Notes: generated by a model not told the origin, from the letters alone. A stretch of DNA of 64,000 bases from an uncultured virus (IMG/VR IMGVR_UViG_3300037067_009054) (IMGVR_UViG_3300037067_009054); one strand, 5' to 3'. Positions 17,698-28,351 are shown, counted from the first letter of the stretch. Program-made: numbers and translations.

Positions 17698-17887
17698 TTA
17701 TTCGCAATACTTCTTTATAATACTTCCGGTCGTCGTTCCCCGTAGATAAATATAAATTCTAATACGTAAAATAGTCCTATGCAGGTTGTCGGCCTCCTGC
17801 CTGTTTGGGTTGTCTGCACCGATGGCATCTGTTAAAAAACATGTTCGGGTGGCGAGTTGCTGCGCCACCCACCCTCCTGATTTTTGT

Positions 17888-18637
17888 TTATCCTCTTGTC
17901 AAAAGTACTGCTCTTGTTACTGTTTCGCTTACTTCAAACGTCGTTGGCACCACGCAGTAAACCCATAGCTTCTTTGTCTCCCCTGCCTGCACCGTTTGTT
18001 TTTTCGTTGCGTCTCCCTGGAACGTGAAGTCTGATATTGTGTTCCCGCTACCGTCTTTCGATGTCAAGTGTATGCCTACCATTCCATACCACTTTTCATC
18101 ACCTACGTTCTTAAATTCAAATCCAAACCAGTTGTTGTTTCCCACTTCAAGCGGATCTGGGAATGAATAATTTCCCGTTAGTTGCAGTATCGGACCACTC
18201 GTTGGCGTTTCTACTGGTATTTCCGTTTCCTCTCCCGGAGTCGCTACCATCGTTGCGTATTTCTCTGCGTACTTCCCCGAAGTCACGATGAATGCTATTT
18301 CCTGTGTTACGTATCCAGTTTTTTCTAGTGATGCTGTATACGGCCCTGGTTCTAGGTCTATTATCCTATCAGTTGTTCCCTTTGTTACTCCATCTATTAC
18401 CACATTTGCTCTTATTCCGTCAGCATATATCACCACTCCTTGCTTGGTTGTCTTTGCTTCTTCTGTATAACATGCTCCCACGTTGTTATACATGAAGTCT
18501 ATATCTTCTGTGTACAGTCTAAATGCCCCTAGCAGGTCTTGTAATGTTGCATCTAACCAGCTATCACTAGTTAAGCATTTGTTCTTGTCACCAAACGCTT
18601 CTTCTAGTTCCTTTTTCCTACTGTCGTATATTACCAT
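17888..18637 (-). CDS. PEGA + Ig-like domain protein (probable virion protein)
   Basis: ANVVIDG..KGTT...LEPGPYT..LEKTGY; FEFKNVG..W.G. Confidence 0.8.
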   Translation of the reverse strand: MVIYDSRKKELEEAFGDKNKCLTSDSWLDATLQDLLGAFRLYTEDIDFMYNNVGACYTEEAKTTKQGVVIYADGIRANVVIDGVTKGTTDRIIDLEPGPYTASLEKTGYVTQEIAFIVTSGKYAEKYATMVATPGEETEIPVETPTSGPILQLTGNYSFPDPLEVGNNNWFGFEFKNVGDEKWYGMVGIHLTSKDGSGNTISDFTFQGDATKKQTVQAGETKKLWVYCVVPTTFEVSETVTRAVLLTRG

Positions 18638-20505
18638 TACAGACCCCCTCCTACGTTTCCTGTGCTCATCGCTTCAGTTGATGGATTTGTTTCTAGTAGT
18701 ACCACATCTCCATCTGCTACCAGTTTCTGTGCTGATGCTGTATCTCCTTTTACCAGATAGTAAAGGTACAGTATCATATTCGTTGTTATTTCTGTCGGTA
18801 TTGCCAACTGTGGCACCGATGTATATGATTCAGCCATTGTCTTCCATGCATAGTTACTCGTTATTCTCGATTTGAATATGCAGTATATGTAAAGGTACTT
18901 CTTTCTGTTAAGGTTCTGTATACCTCCGATCCCGTTTATGAATGTTGAAATGCTCGGTGGCAATTTCGTTAGGTTCATTGTTTTCATTACTGGATATGTT
19001 GATATCTTTATTGGCGTCTCTCTTGGTGTGTATCCATCTGCTTTTACTTGTATTGTGTACGTGCCTGGTTTCATCGTTATTTCTTCGTTTACGTTCCCTA
19101 AATCCTGCCCAGTGGCTTTGTTGTACACATCGGCTTCGTCTACATTGCACTCTATGTAAAGTATTTGGTCCGTTGGTTCTGTTACTGTTGGTGTGTAACT
19201 CTTTCCACTTGATGGTCCGCTTCCTCCTCCTCCACCGCTGCTTTCCGCAGTAGTTGCCTGGCATAGTGTTCCCACGCAACTCCACCATTCACTGTTTTTA
19301 ATGTCTAATATACCTAGATCTTTTAATACTGCTGCTTCTTCGTCCGGTGTCTTTCCGTCCAGTACTTTACTCAGTAAGATATCGTTTGCGTATCTTTCTA
19401 GGTTTAGTGTCCATGTTGCAGAATCGTATCCACTCTTCGCTTTCTGCACCATGTTGAATTCAGTATTATATCCTCCTTTTCCGTTGTTTAGTGCCGGGTC
19501 CCATACATTACCCGATGCATCGACGTAAGCAAATTTGTGTGAATCTCCTAGCGCATCTGTCCATTTCATCGAACCATAAACACTGTCTATCGTTATTTCT
19601 TCTTTTGCTGGTACCCTGTAATTCTCGTTATAGTCGAAGTAAGTTTTTATTTGTTCTCCTGTAAGTACATTTGCTTTTGGCACAGCAGCTCCGAAAGCAC
19701 TGCTTACTCCGTACTTTGCCATCTCGTTTACTGTTTTTATGAAATCCGTGTTATTTATCCCATCGAAGTTTTCGTAGTAGTTTTCAAGTGTGTTTAGTGC
19801 GTCCGGGTGTCCTGATGCACTGAATAGTGCTACGCTTTCCGGTGTTTTTACCTGTTGTCTGTAGTATAGTGGCGATATTCCTTCTTTTTCAGCATCGCTC
19901 CTCAACTTTTCTGCATCAAATCCTCTTTCGCTTTTAACTGTTTTGTACAACTGACTTAATGTCGTGCTTGCTACTACTCCTGGCACCTCGTTCCCAGATA
20001 GGAAGTCTCCCATGTCAACTAGATCGTCTGCTTTCATTCCTTTCATCGTGCTTATTGCTATTGACTTTGCTTCGTTATCATTTTCGATGTAGTTGAACAT
20101 TGCTTTCGCGCCTGTTCCTCCCCACCCCATTGTTACGTAATCTTTAATTGTCTTTTCGTATAAGCCTCTGTCATTGTTTTTCAGTTTATCCATTACGTAA
20201 TTTGTTCCTTCTTGGCTTTCCTGATCGAACCCCGCCTGTCTCACCAGTTTCGCAACGAATAGCGTGTCTGTTAGAGATGACATCCTGTCTGCTTTTACTG
20301 TTCCTGTTATCACCGTAGTTCTTATTGTCGGGTCGTTGCTCTCTAATGACATCTTTAATATCTGTGATGGCAGTCCTCCGCTCTCTGCTCCGCTTTTTAG
20401 TTCTGCTTTAAATGAATCTGCTTCCTTTAGCGTATCAAATATTTCAGTGTCGTCCATTCCTTTGCTTTTTAGTACCCTATAGGCATTTTGTAATCTGCAT
20501 CCCAT
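18637..20505 (-). CDS. Large probable virion protein with PEGA domain
   Basis: Gly/Ser linker then ADVY...MKPGTYTIQVKADGY. Confidence 0.75.
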   Translation of the reverse strand: MGCRLQNAYRVLKSKGMDDTEIFDTLKEADSFKAELKSGAESGGLPSQILKMSLESNDPTIRTTVITGTVKADRMSSLTDTLFVAKLVRQAGFDQESQEGTNYVMDKLKNNDRGLYEKTIKDYVTMGWGGTGAKAMFNYIENDNEAKSIAISTMKGMKADDLVDMGDFLSGNEVPGVVASTTLSQLYKTVKSERGFDAEKLRSDAEKEGISPLYYRQQVKTPESVALFSASGHPDALNTLENYYENFDGINNTDFIKTVNEMAKYGVSSAFGAAVPKANVLTGEQIKTYFDYNENYRVPAKEEITIDSVYGSMKWTDALGDSHKFAYVDASGNVWDPALNNGKGGYNTEFNMVQKAKSGYDSATWTLNLERYANDILLSKVLDGKTPDEEAAVLKDLGILDIKNSEWWSCVGTLCQATTAESSGGGGGSGPSSGKSYTPTVTEPTDQILYIECNVDEADVYNKATGQDLGNVNEEITMKPGTYTIQVKADGYTPRETPIKISTYPVMKTMNLTKLPPSISTFINGIGGIQNLNRKKYLYIYCIFKSRITSNYAWKTMAESYTSVPQLAIPTEITTNMILYLYYLVKGDTASAQKLVADGDVVLLETNPSTEAMSTGNVGGGL

Positions 20506-20508
20506 TAT

Positions 20509-23500
20509 TTACACCTCGCATGAATCTCCAACTGCTTCCATGATTGCATTCGCTGTCTCCTTCTTGCCTGCTTCCTGTGCGTCTCTTATTTCTTCCTTTG
20601 TCATAGTATCCAAATTTTCTTTTACGTATGGTTCAATGAAACTCTTTCCTGCTATATATTCCACGTCCTTTGGTTTTACTGCATTGTCCTTGTCTTTATC
20701 TTTCAGGGCCTTGAAATCCAATGTCCCGTCGCTTCGGGTGTTTGCCACTATCTGCGCCTGTTTTTCTTCTTGTGTCGATTTGCGGAATCCTTTACTTCCT
20801 AATACACTGTTTGCGTATTGGTCTTCCGGCCTATTCGGCAACTCACCTGAACTCTCTCCTCCTCCAGGTGTTGTTGTTCCTGTCGTTGTCCCTGCTCCCG
20901 TTGACACTGTTCCTGTTAATTTTTCCAATGCTTGTCTTTCGTCGTTTCCTCGATCCATCAATTGCTGCACATCTAAATTCACTGATCTTATTGCTGCTTC
21001 TCTCGTTAATCCGTCTCTTTTCATTGCATTTGTTATTGCTTTTTCATATAGGTCGTCCATTGTTGTTGTAGTTGTAGTAGTTGCTGGTGTCCCCATTGTT
21101 CCCGTTGTTCCTTTCCTTTCATCTCCATATGCCAGCACTTTATTTACGAATCCTGTTTGATCCTGTTGCCACCCCTTCGTTCTTTCGTCTAGTCCTAGTG
21201 CTGTGAATGCGGTATATGGCACAACTCCGTCCCCTTTCAGTGTGTGGTAATATGCCATTATCTGCGTTGATGTCATTGGTTGCCCATCTGGTACTTCCGA
21301 TGCATTGAATCCAGTTGTACCATAAAGTTTTTCGCCATACTTCTGTATCCAATCTTTATCGTTCTTATACAATGCCTTTTCGTCTGCTTCGTAGAATGCT
21401 ATTCTCTCTTCATCGGTTGTTTCCCTATAACCCAACCTCGTTGATCTATCTTCTACTGCGAGTCCTCTCGATACCATGTGGTTGTATATATCTTTTAGAT
21501 TTCCGTCATGTGCTATTACGCTTGCATATCCAGGAGATGTAACCGATGTGAAGTATGCACCGTATATTGGTATTCCTCCCATCATGTTATAAAATCCCAC
21601 CAGTGCGTCGTGTCCGTTGAAGAATGCGTTTTGCAATCCTTCTTTGCCGAAGTATTTTGATAGTAGTGTATCCGCCGAATCTTTTTCTTTTCCGAATGAT
21701 CCGAATTGGAATGCTGCCTCGAAAGCTTGCTGCTCCATGAACGATGCTGCATAGAAGTAAGCTGGCAGTCCTATGAATACGAATTTCGTTACTCCCACTA
21801 CATTTTTCTGTGGTGCTAATCCGCTTTTTTTCATTCCCCAAATTATTGATTGCTTGTCTACATACTTTAGCGGCCATAGTACTCTAAAGTCGTTATATGT
21901 TTTTCTTATTCCTTCTGCGTCTAGTTTTTTTACTATGCCCGCTAACTCTTTGTAATCGTCTTTGTTTAGTGTTATCTTTCCTTCATTGAGATCGTTGTAT
22001 ACTGTGTCAACTAACTTCGATTCCCTGTTTGTAAGTGGCAGTGCTTCGTCTTTTATCGTGTTTAGTTTCTTTTCCAGATCCTTCGTTACCACGTCTGTTG
22101 CTGTTTCCTTTCCAAATTTCTTTGTTATTGCGTTGTACTCTTCCAATATGTTTTTCTCTGTCAAGTCTGTTCCATATCTCGCCACGAAATCTTGTCTTGC
22201 TATTGTTCTTGTTCCGTCTATTTCTGTTACTTTGTTTGTCAGCCCCAGTATTTTTGCTTCTGCTCTCGTTGCTTCATAAACATCCTCACTCATTTCCGCC
22301 ACTGGCAGTGTCTGCGTAAATGCTGCTTCTTTCTCTGCTTGTTCCAGTATGCTTTCATCTGGTTTCTTTAGCCTGGTCTTCGTTGCTTCCGATACATTTG
22401 GTGAATTTCTTAGGAATTCCGCTCTTGTTTTCATGTCCACTGCTTTTGCCAGGTTTTCTCTCGCCGTCTGTATTACGCCACTGTCTGGTATCTGTTGTCT
22501 TGCTGCAAAGCTTCTTAGTCTGCTTGTCTCGTAGATTTTTACACCAGTTGCATCTATTTCATCTGCTATTACTTCCGCTTCATCTGCCAGTACATCCAAT
22601 TGGTTCAGTTTATCCGTTGCGCTTCCTAAGTCTCCTATGTTCTTAGGTGATTTTTCTGCTGCTGTCAGTATTCTATTAAATGGATGGTTCTCTACCGCTG
22701 CTATTAGGTTTGCCCTTTCTGATTTGAATTCGGCTCTCTTCACTGCGTCCTGTATGAACGCAATCTGATCAGTTGTTACTTTCGCCGGATCGATGTTTGA
22801 TATTGTTTTTATTCTCGATGCATCGCTTCCTAATATTTGATCTGAATATGTACTTACCAGTCTATTTGCTTCTTCTACTGCATTGTTTCCCATCATTGTT
22901 TTTGCTAGTTCGTTTTCCATGTCCCCTGGTGACATCTTTGTCATTGTTTTCCAGTCGTCCAGTTGTTTTAGGTCTCCGGTTGCCAGGTATCCTCGTTCTC
23001 CTCTCATCGCGTTCACTTTTGTTTCTATTTTATCCCACTGCCCTCTCTCCGCAAACACTTTCTGAATTTCATCCAGGTTTTGTTTATATGTCTTTTCTAC
23101 TATTCTTGCTGCTCCTGGTCCTTCTGCTGGGAAAAGTGCCCCTATCTTATCTCGCAGTATAGCGTATTCCGTCGCGTCCATGTTCATTATTGCATCTTTT
23201 CCCTGTGGCGTGCTCAGTGCGCTTAGTAGCCTATCGAGTGGCATTCCTGTTTCTATTGAACCTCCATATACTCTTGCCCTGTTCGCCAGTTCGTCTATTT
23301 TCCTCGCGTTTCCTGCTACCGATGCTATTCTCTGTTCTTCGTCCAGCTCTGACATGAATTCCAATACTTGTTGTATTGCGTTCTTTCCTTGCTCTTCACT
23401 TGTTTTTCCTCTCCATTCTATCTTCGGCATCTCTGGTTCTTTTCCTTCTGTTGTTCCTCCGTACTTTTTCATTAGTTCGTCGTTTCTTTTCCTAGCATTG

Positions 23501-23523
23501 TCTATTCCACATGGATCTATCAT
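20509..23523 (-). CDS. 1004-aa helical protein with hydrophobic segment and Thr-rich linkers (probable virion protein)
   Basis: FVFIGLPAYFYAASF segment; poly-Thr; N-terminal MIDPCGIDNA. Confidence 0.75.
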   Translation of the reverse strand: MIDPCGIDNARKRNDELMKKYGGTTEGKEPEMPKIEWRGKTSEEQGKNAIQQVLEFMSELDEEQRIASVAGNARKIDELANRARVYGGSIETGMPLDRLLSALSTPQGKDAIMNMDATEYAILRDKIGALFPAEGPGAARIVEKTYKQNLDEIQKVFAERGQWDKIETKVNAMRGERGYLATGDLKQLDDWKTMTKMSPGDMENELAKTMMGNNAVEEANRLVSTYSDQILGSDASRIKTISNIDPAKVTTDQIAFIQDAVKRAEFKSERANLIAAVENHPFNRILTAAEKSPKNIGDLGSATDKLNQLDVLADEAEVIADEIDATGVKIYETSRLRSFAARQQIPDSGVIQTARENLAKAVDMKTRAEFLRNSPNVSEATKTRLKKPDESILEQAEKEAAFTQTLPVAEMSEDVYEATRAEAKILGLTNKVTEIDGTRTIARQDFVARYGTDLTEKNILEEYNAITKKFGKETATDVVTKDLEKKLNTIKDEALPLTNRESKLVDTVYNDLNEGKITLNKDDYKELAGIVKKLDAEGIRKTYNDFRVLWPLKYVDKQSIIWGMKKSGLAPQKNVVGVTKFVFIGLPAYFYAASFMEQQAFEAAFQFGSFGKEKDSADTLLSKYFGKEGLQNAFFNGHDALVGFYNMMGGIPIYGAYFTSVTSPGYASVIAHDGNLKDIYNHMVSRGLAVEDRSTRLGYRETTDEERIAFYEADEKALYKNDKDWIQKYGEKLYGTTGFNASEVPDGQPMTSTQIMAYYHTLKGDGVVPYTAFTALGLDERTKGWQQDQTGFVNKVLAYGDERKGTTGTMGTPATTTTTTTMDDLYEKAITNAMKRDGLTREAAIRSVNLDVQQLMDRGNDERQALEKLTGTVSTGAGTTTGTTTPGGGESSGELPNRPEDQYANSVLGSKGFRKSTQEEKQAQIVANTRSDGTLDFKALKDKDKDNAVKPKDVEYIAGKSFIEPYVKENLDTMTKEEIRDAQEAGKKETANAIMEAVGDSCEV

Positions 23524-23529
23524 AACAAA

Positions 23530-24510
23530 TCACCCGTTTATTTCATCTCTCGTTTTTATTACTTTTGATTTCATTCCTGTCGTGAACCAGGGGTTTGCTA
23601 ATGCCAATTCTCCGTATTTCCCTCCGTACTTTTCTACGAATGGTGACGTTTCGTCTGCTTCGGCGATTATCAACCCCTCTTCTGAAATTGGTTCTGTCAT
23701 GTTCTCTTTGAATTCGTCTGAGTATGTTGTTTTCTGTTCTATGTTTCCTCCCAGTATGTTCGCAGCATCTATAATGTATTCCCTCTTACCCATCCTCATT
23801 TTTGTTCCTACTATTTCATACCCCGTTGCTCCTATAAGTCCTGTTTGTGGATCTACCAATGTTACCGCGCTCACCGTTTTCGGTTCGTAATTCATTGGAT
23901 TTTTGTATGCATCGTTTATCTGTTTTCCTTTTTCTTCTACTGAGCCTTGCCCATTTCTTTCTATTTCTGCTGTTGGGTCTATTACGTAAACATTTCTTTT
24001 CGTTTTGTCTTCTATTCCTATTATTGCGTGCCCGAATACTTTGTTATTGTCTGTGTAATGTCCGATAATTGCTATTACATATGCGTTTCTTCCTGTCTCT
24101 TTTATTTTATTCACTGCGTCTATTGCATAGTTTTGACATATATATTCTGTCGGGTCGTTTTCTTTTCCCTGTACGTCTGGTATATTTCCGAATGAGTATT
24201 TTGTTGTGTTGAATATTCCACTATCCTCTAATGTCTTCCATGCTTTTACTATTTCTCCTGGCATTGGCTTACCATTTCCACTAACTACCTCTGTCTTGTT
24301 CTCTTCTTCCTTAAGCACTACTGGGTAATATGTATCGCTTTCTTTGTCGTATATCCATGTTTTTCCAGTTGCCAATGCTAATGCCATCATTTCTGTTGTC
24401 ATCACCGCTGTTATTTTTTTTACATCGTAGTATGTTGTTTCTTTCTCCTTCATTCTAAAGAACGCGCTGTTTCTCGATAGCGCGTTCTTTATTGCACATG
24501 GGTCTGACAT
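23530..24510 (-). CDS. Transglutaminase-like cysteine protease domain protein
   Basis: ICQNYA...GHAIIGI...YVIDPT (Cys-His-Asp). Confidence 0.7.
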   Translation of the reverse strand: MSDPCAIKNALSRNSAFFRMKEKETTYYDVKKITAVMTTEMMALALATGKTWIYDKESDTYYPVVLKEEENKTEVVSGNGKPMPGEIVKAWKTLEDSGIFNTTKYSFGNIPDVQGKENDPTEYICQNYAIDAVNKIKETGRNAYVIAIIGHYTDNNKVFGHAIIGIEDKTKRNVYVIDPTAEIERNGQGSVEEKGKQINDAYKNPMNYEPKTVSAVTLVDPQTGLIGATGYEIVGTKMRMGKREYIIDAANILGGNIEQKTTYSDEFKENMTEPISEEGLIIAEADETSPFVEKYGGKYGELALANPWFTTGMKSKVIKTRDEING

Positions 24511-24514
24511 TGAT

Positions 24515-27500
24515 CTATACCCCGCAGATGTTCCCTGCTTTCACTGATTTGTTGTATTCCTCTTCCAGCTCCATTCCCAGTTTTTTATTTTCTGCTAGAA
24601 GTACATTTTTCTCTTCCGTTGTTGTTGCTTTGGCAAATCTTTCTTCTATGTCTGCTTGCATCATGGTCGGTAAATTGTTCTCTGCCTTTTCATGCCACAG
24701 TGCATCCATTGCCATGTCTCTGTTCTCTGGTTTCCACAGTGTTTTTAGTTCTTCTGTTCCCAGTTTTTCTCCTTCTCCTGCTCGGAACATTATTTTTTTC
24801 ATTTCAGTGCCTTGTTTCGCAAGTGCATTCGTTGCGTAACTCGATCTTTCTATTGCCATTTGCTTCACTATTGCATCGCTTACTCCTTCCTTTCCTCTCA
24901 AACTCAATATTGTTCCTATATCCACGTTTTTGTAAGCGTCTGCTGCTTTTCCTGTCAATAGTGTTCCTATTTTCTTTTGTTCTGTCATTACCAGTGCGCT
25001 CACTGCGTCTTCTACTTTTCCCGCCTCTAGCGCGTTCAGGGCTTGAATTGTTCCCTGTGTTGGTTTCATTGTTAGTGTTTCGGCCTGTGCTGTTACTTTC
25101 TCCACCGCTTTGACCGCTTTTGCTGCTGGTTCTGTTTTTAATGTGTCTGAGAAGTTCTTTATTAGTGTGCTCTTCCTATCGCTCGACAGTGCCGACTTTA
25201 CTATATCTGATGGCGTTATTTGTGCCATTACTGGTCTTAGTAGATCTGAGTTTCTTTCAATCAAGAAGTCAAACCTATAGCTAGACATTGCATTCGTTGT
25301 TTTGGGGTTCCATGTCCAGTCACCGTTTTTCTTTTGAGTGAATCCCAGTTCTTTGAAGTCTTTCAAGTATGCATCTGATTTTGGTGTTGACCAGCTTGTT
25401 TCCTTTGTTAAGTCTCCTATCAATTGTTCAACTGTTGTTCCTCCTTCTTCTGTATGTGATGCTAGAAGATTTACTGCATCGTTCTTGTACTTTACCAGTT
25501 TTGATTCATCTAATCCTGTGTTCTTTGCTATTGCCTTTATTTCATCAATGTCTAGTTTTGCCATGTCCGACATTGTTTCTATTTTACCTACTACCCCGCC
25601 AGTTGTCTTTAGCCCGGTCTGTCTTGCAAGCAGCGTTACTTCTCTTTCTGGCATTATGTTTACCAGATCCAGTTCTTCGCTTGATATTGCCCTCGTTGCT
25701 CCTGTCGGTTCACCTGTTGGTATTCTTACCGCTTCTGTGAATTGCAATGCATTTTTCTGTTCTATCGCGTTCGTCAGTAGGTTGTAGTGTTCTGTTCCTT
25801 GTTCTAGTGCCGTGTTTATCATGTTTACTGTCGGTGTGTCTCCTATCTTATTGCTTAAATCTGACAGTATCTTTCCTGCTTTTATCTCGTCTCCGCCTGA
25901 TTTCAGTGCCACTTCATTTGCCAGTTCCAGCGATACTTTCACGAAGTTCTCGTTTGCTTGTTTCAGCGTTGCCTTTACTGCGGTAGCCGTTGGTTCGTCT
26001 ACTAGTTTTATTCCATTTTCTATCGTAGTGCTCACTGTTTTAGGATCAATTGATATCAGTTCTGTTAGTGCTGGCACCGTTGTCTTTGTGTTCCCTTTAC
26101 TAATCGCAGTCATTAGATTCTTTGCTTCTACTGGCGAGTCTATTGCTGCATTAAATGTGTTCTCAAGTGTTTTTACTGAAGACAGTGGTTTCCAGTCTAC
26201 TAATTTTCCTCCTTCCAGTACTTCTTTTATTCCAGTATCCGATGCTTTTGCCACCCATCCCACTTCAGTTGTCGGAACAAACAAAGTACTGCTTATTGCT
26301 CCTATTCTTGATATTCCTTCCGCTTTCTCTCCCAGTCTTGATACCAGTCCCACTTCTTTCCATGCTTTTGCTACTGCTCCTATGTCTGCATTCAGCACTG
26401 TAAATGGTGATGCTACCAGGTCTATTACTGGATCTCCTGTCATTTTCGGGCTTATTAGTGCTTCTATTCCAGAGTTTAGATACTTCCCTTGTAGATTTCC
26501 AGCTTCCCTTGCCGTCAGTGGTGCTTTTTCTATTGCTGTTTGTATTACTGTTGGCCCGAACGCTGCCAGTGCTGCATGTCCTATCGTTGGGTCTGATGCC
26601 ATCTTGTTTATTTCGTGTAGTCCTTTAGTTGTCTGTGTTACTTGTCCTAATTGGAATCCATTTGCCGTTGTTAGGAAAGTATATTTTGCCGTATCTTCTC
26701 CTATTCCTGGTACTAACTCTCCTACGGCTTTTCCTTCTTTTAGGTTGCTTGCTACTAGATCGTTCAGTTGTTTTCCTTTCTCTGTTACAGACACTTTTCC
26801 GCTTTGTGTCCATTCTATTATATTCAGTATAGGCGCGAATATGTTCGCGTGTCCTTCTTTGTCATTTACTGTTAGTATGTCTTGTATTCCTAGTGCCGTT
26901 CTGTCTCCGATGGTTATTAGTCCTGCTCTCTCCGCTGAGTACTCAGGTGTCATTATTCTATCTGCTATCCAATTACCAAACTGCGATACTGGTTTTGGTG
27001 TTCCGTCTACTTCCCACGTTTCCCAGAACCACTTCCCTTCCATTCCGGTTCCAGTCGTTTTCTTCACTTCTTCCTGAGATACAGACAACGGTGTTACATC
27101 TCTCTTTATCTCTAGTAGTTTAGTTGATAGGTTCTGGTCCACTGCTACTTTTGCTCCTACCAAGCCCAACATCGTGTTTACTAGCTTCACTCCGTTACTT
27201 GATAGTGTGCTTACCATTGTTTTCTCTGGCACTATATTCGCGTTCTCTACTCTCGCTCCTTTAGCAACTGCTTCTTTTATCTTTGTTTCGTAATCTGGCG
27301 ATTCCCTTGCCACGTATGATACCAGTTTTCCTCCGTTTCCCATGTCGGTTGTTATCTTAGCAGCCGTTGTTGGTTGTCCTGCTCCGAATCCTGCTGCCGT
27401 GTACAATGATTTGGTTTCTTTCCCCACTTCTGCTACACCTATTGACAATTTCGTTGGGTTTGCTTCGAACGTTGTTTTTGCATAATCTATTGCTTTCTTT

Positions 27501-28351
27501 TGGTCGTCGAAATATACTTGGCTTGATTTCAACGTTGCTTTCGATCCTTCCCCTATTTTCTCTCCTACATTTACCACATACTTTCCGGTTGTCTTTACTT
27601 CCTGTATTACTGGTGCAATTGCCACCACGTTTCCCTTTGCTGCTAGGTTCAAGTATGTTTCAATTACACTCGTTGCTGGTATCGTTGATTGTGTTTTTAG
27701 TCCACTCATCGTTATCTGCCCGGAATCTATCAGAGCCTTCGATAGAACCGAGTTTCCTAATATGTCACTTGTCTTGTAAACCAGACTATCTATTGTTATG
27801 TTCTTGTTTAATAGCCCCGTCGCGTCTATTCCTGATACTTTTGCAGTGTCTACTAGAACCTTTGTTAAGAATGCGTTTTGTATTGCTGCTTTCCCCTGAT
27901 CTGTATAGTCCAAAGCGTATTTTGCTATATTGTCAACGTTGATCATGTCTTTCATGATCAATTCTTTTATTGAATCAACTGCCTTTAGCCCGGTTGCTCC
28001 CTTCAGTGAAATTGTCGCTACATCTTGTATCCCTGATAGTGTCGTCTTTACGCTATTGTTCACTGATGCCGACACTCCGTTTAGTGTCTTTAGTGTCGAT
28101 GCAGCTAGTGATGCAGCAATGGATTGCTGTGTTTGTTTCATTATGTTTGCTGTTTGTGCATTTACCGTTTCCTGAACACCGTTGAGCAAGTTTAATACAT
28201 TTGCTTGCAGTTGTTTTGTTTCTTCTGCTGTATACTTTGATCCGCCAGTTGATACTCCGCTCAATGATGGCGATCCTGATCCAAATAATCCACTAGAACC
28301 GAACAATCCGCCAGATCCAAACAACCCGCCAGATCCGAATAATTTTCCCAT
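24515..28351 (-). CDS. 1278-aa Ala/Thr/Lys-rich protein with N-terminal GLFG repeats (probable virion protein)
   Basis: MGKLFGSGGLFGSGGLFGSSGLFGSG; longest ORF. Confidence 0.75.
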   Translation of the reverse strand: MGKLFGSGGLFGSGGLFGSSGLFGSGSPSLSGVSTGGSKYTAEETKQLQANVLNLLNGVQETVNAQTANIMKQTQQSIAASLAASTLKTLNGVSASVNNSVKTTLSGIQDVATISLKGATGLKAVDSIKELIMKDMINVDNIAKYALDYTDQGKAAIQNAFLTKVLVDTAKVSGIDATGLLNKNITIDSLVYKTSDILGNSVLSKALIDSGQITMSGLKTQSTIPATSVIETYLNLAAKGNVVAIAPVIQEVKTTGKYVVNVGEKIGEGSKATLKSSQVYFDDQKKAIDYAKTTFEANPTKLSIGVAEVGKETKSLYTAAGFGAGQPTTAAKITTDMGNGGKLVSYVARESPDYETKIKEAVAKGARVENANIVPEKTMVSTLSSNGVKLVNTMLGLVGAKVAVDQNLSTKLLEIKRDVTPLSVSQEEVKKTTGTGMEGKWFWETWEVDGTPKPVSQFGNWIADRIMTPEYSAERAGLITIGDRTALGIQDILTVNDKEGHANIFAPILNIIEWTQSGKVSVTEKGKQLNDLVASNLKEGKAVGELVPGIGEDTAKYTFLTTANGFQLGQVTQTTKGLHEINKMASDPTIGHAALAAFGPTVIQTAIEKAPLTAREAGNLQGKYLNSGIEALISPKMTGDPVIDLVASPFTVLNADIGAVAKAWKEVGLVSRLGEKAEGISRIGAISSTLFVPTTEVGWVAKASDTGIKEVLEGGKLVDWKPLSSVKTLENTFNAAIDSPVEAKNLMTAISKGNTKTTVPALTELISIDPKTVSTTIENGIKLVDEPTATAVKATLKQANENFVKVSLELANEVALKSGGDEIKAGKILSDLSNKIGDTPTVNMINTALEQGTEHYNLLTNAIEQKNALQFTEAVRIPTGEPTGATRAISSEELDLVNIMPEREVTLLARQTGLKTTGGVVGKIETMSDMAKLDIDEIKAIAKNTGLDESKLVKYKNDAVNLLASHTEEGGTTVEQLIGDLTKETSWSTPKSDAYLKDFKELGFTQKKNGDWTWNPKTTNAMSSYRFDFLIERNSDLLRPVMAQITPSDIVKSALSSDRKSTLIKNFSDTLKTEPAAKAVKAVEKVTAQAETLTMKPTQGTIQALNALEAGKVEDAVSALVMTEQKKIGTLLTGKAADAYKNVDIGTILSLRGKEGVSDAIVKQMAIERSSYATNALAKQGTEMKKIMFRAGEGEKLGTEELKTLWKPENRDMAMDALWHEKAENNLPTMMQADIEERFAKATTTEEKNVLLAENKKLGMELEEEYNKSVKAGNICGV

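Noticed and set aside
20509..24523. C-terminal EV/GV dipeptides as a protein motif
   Set aside because: Explained by the next gene's RBS (GAGGTG/GGGGTA); only the preceding Cys is kept as possibly meaningful
25812..27077. 421-aa plus-strand ORF and similar long antisense ORFs (23180-23890, 20540-21160, 44837-45481)
   Set aside because: Shadows of real minus-strand genes; the T/C-rich plus strand has few stop codons and yields S/F/L-rich text
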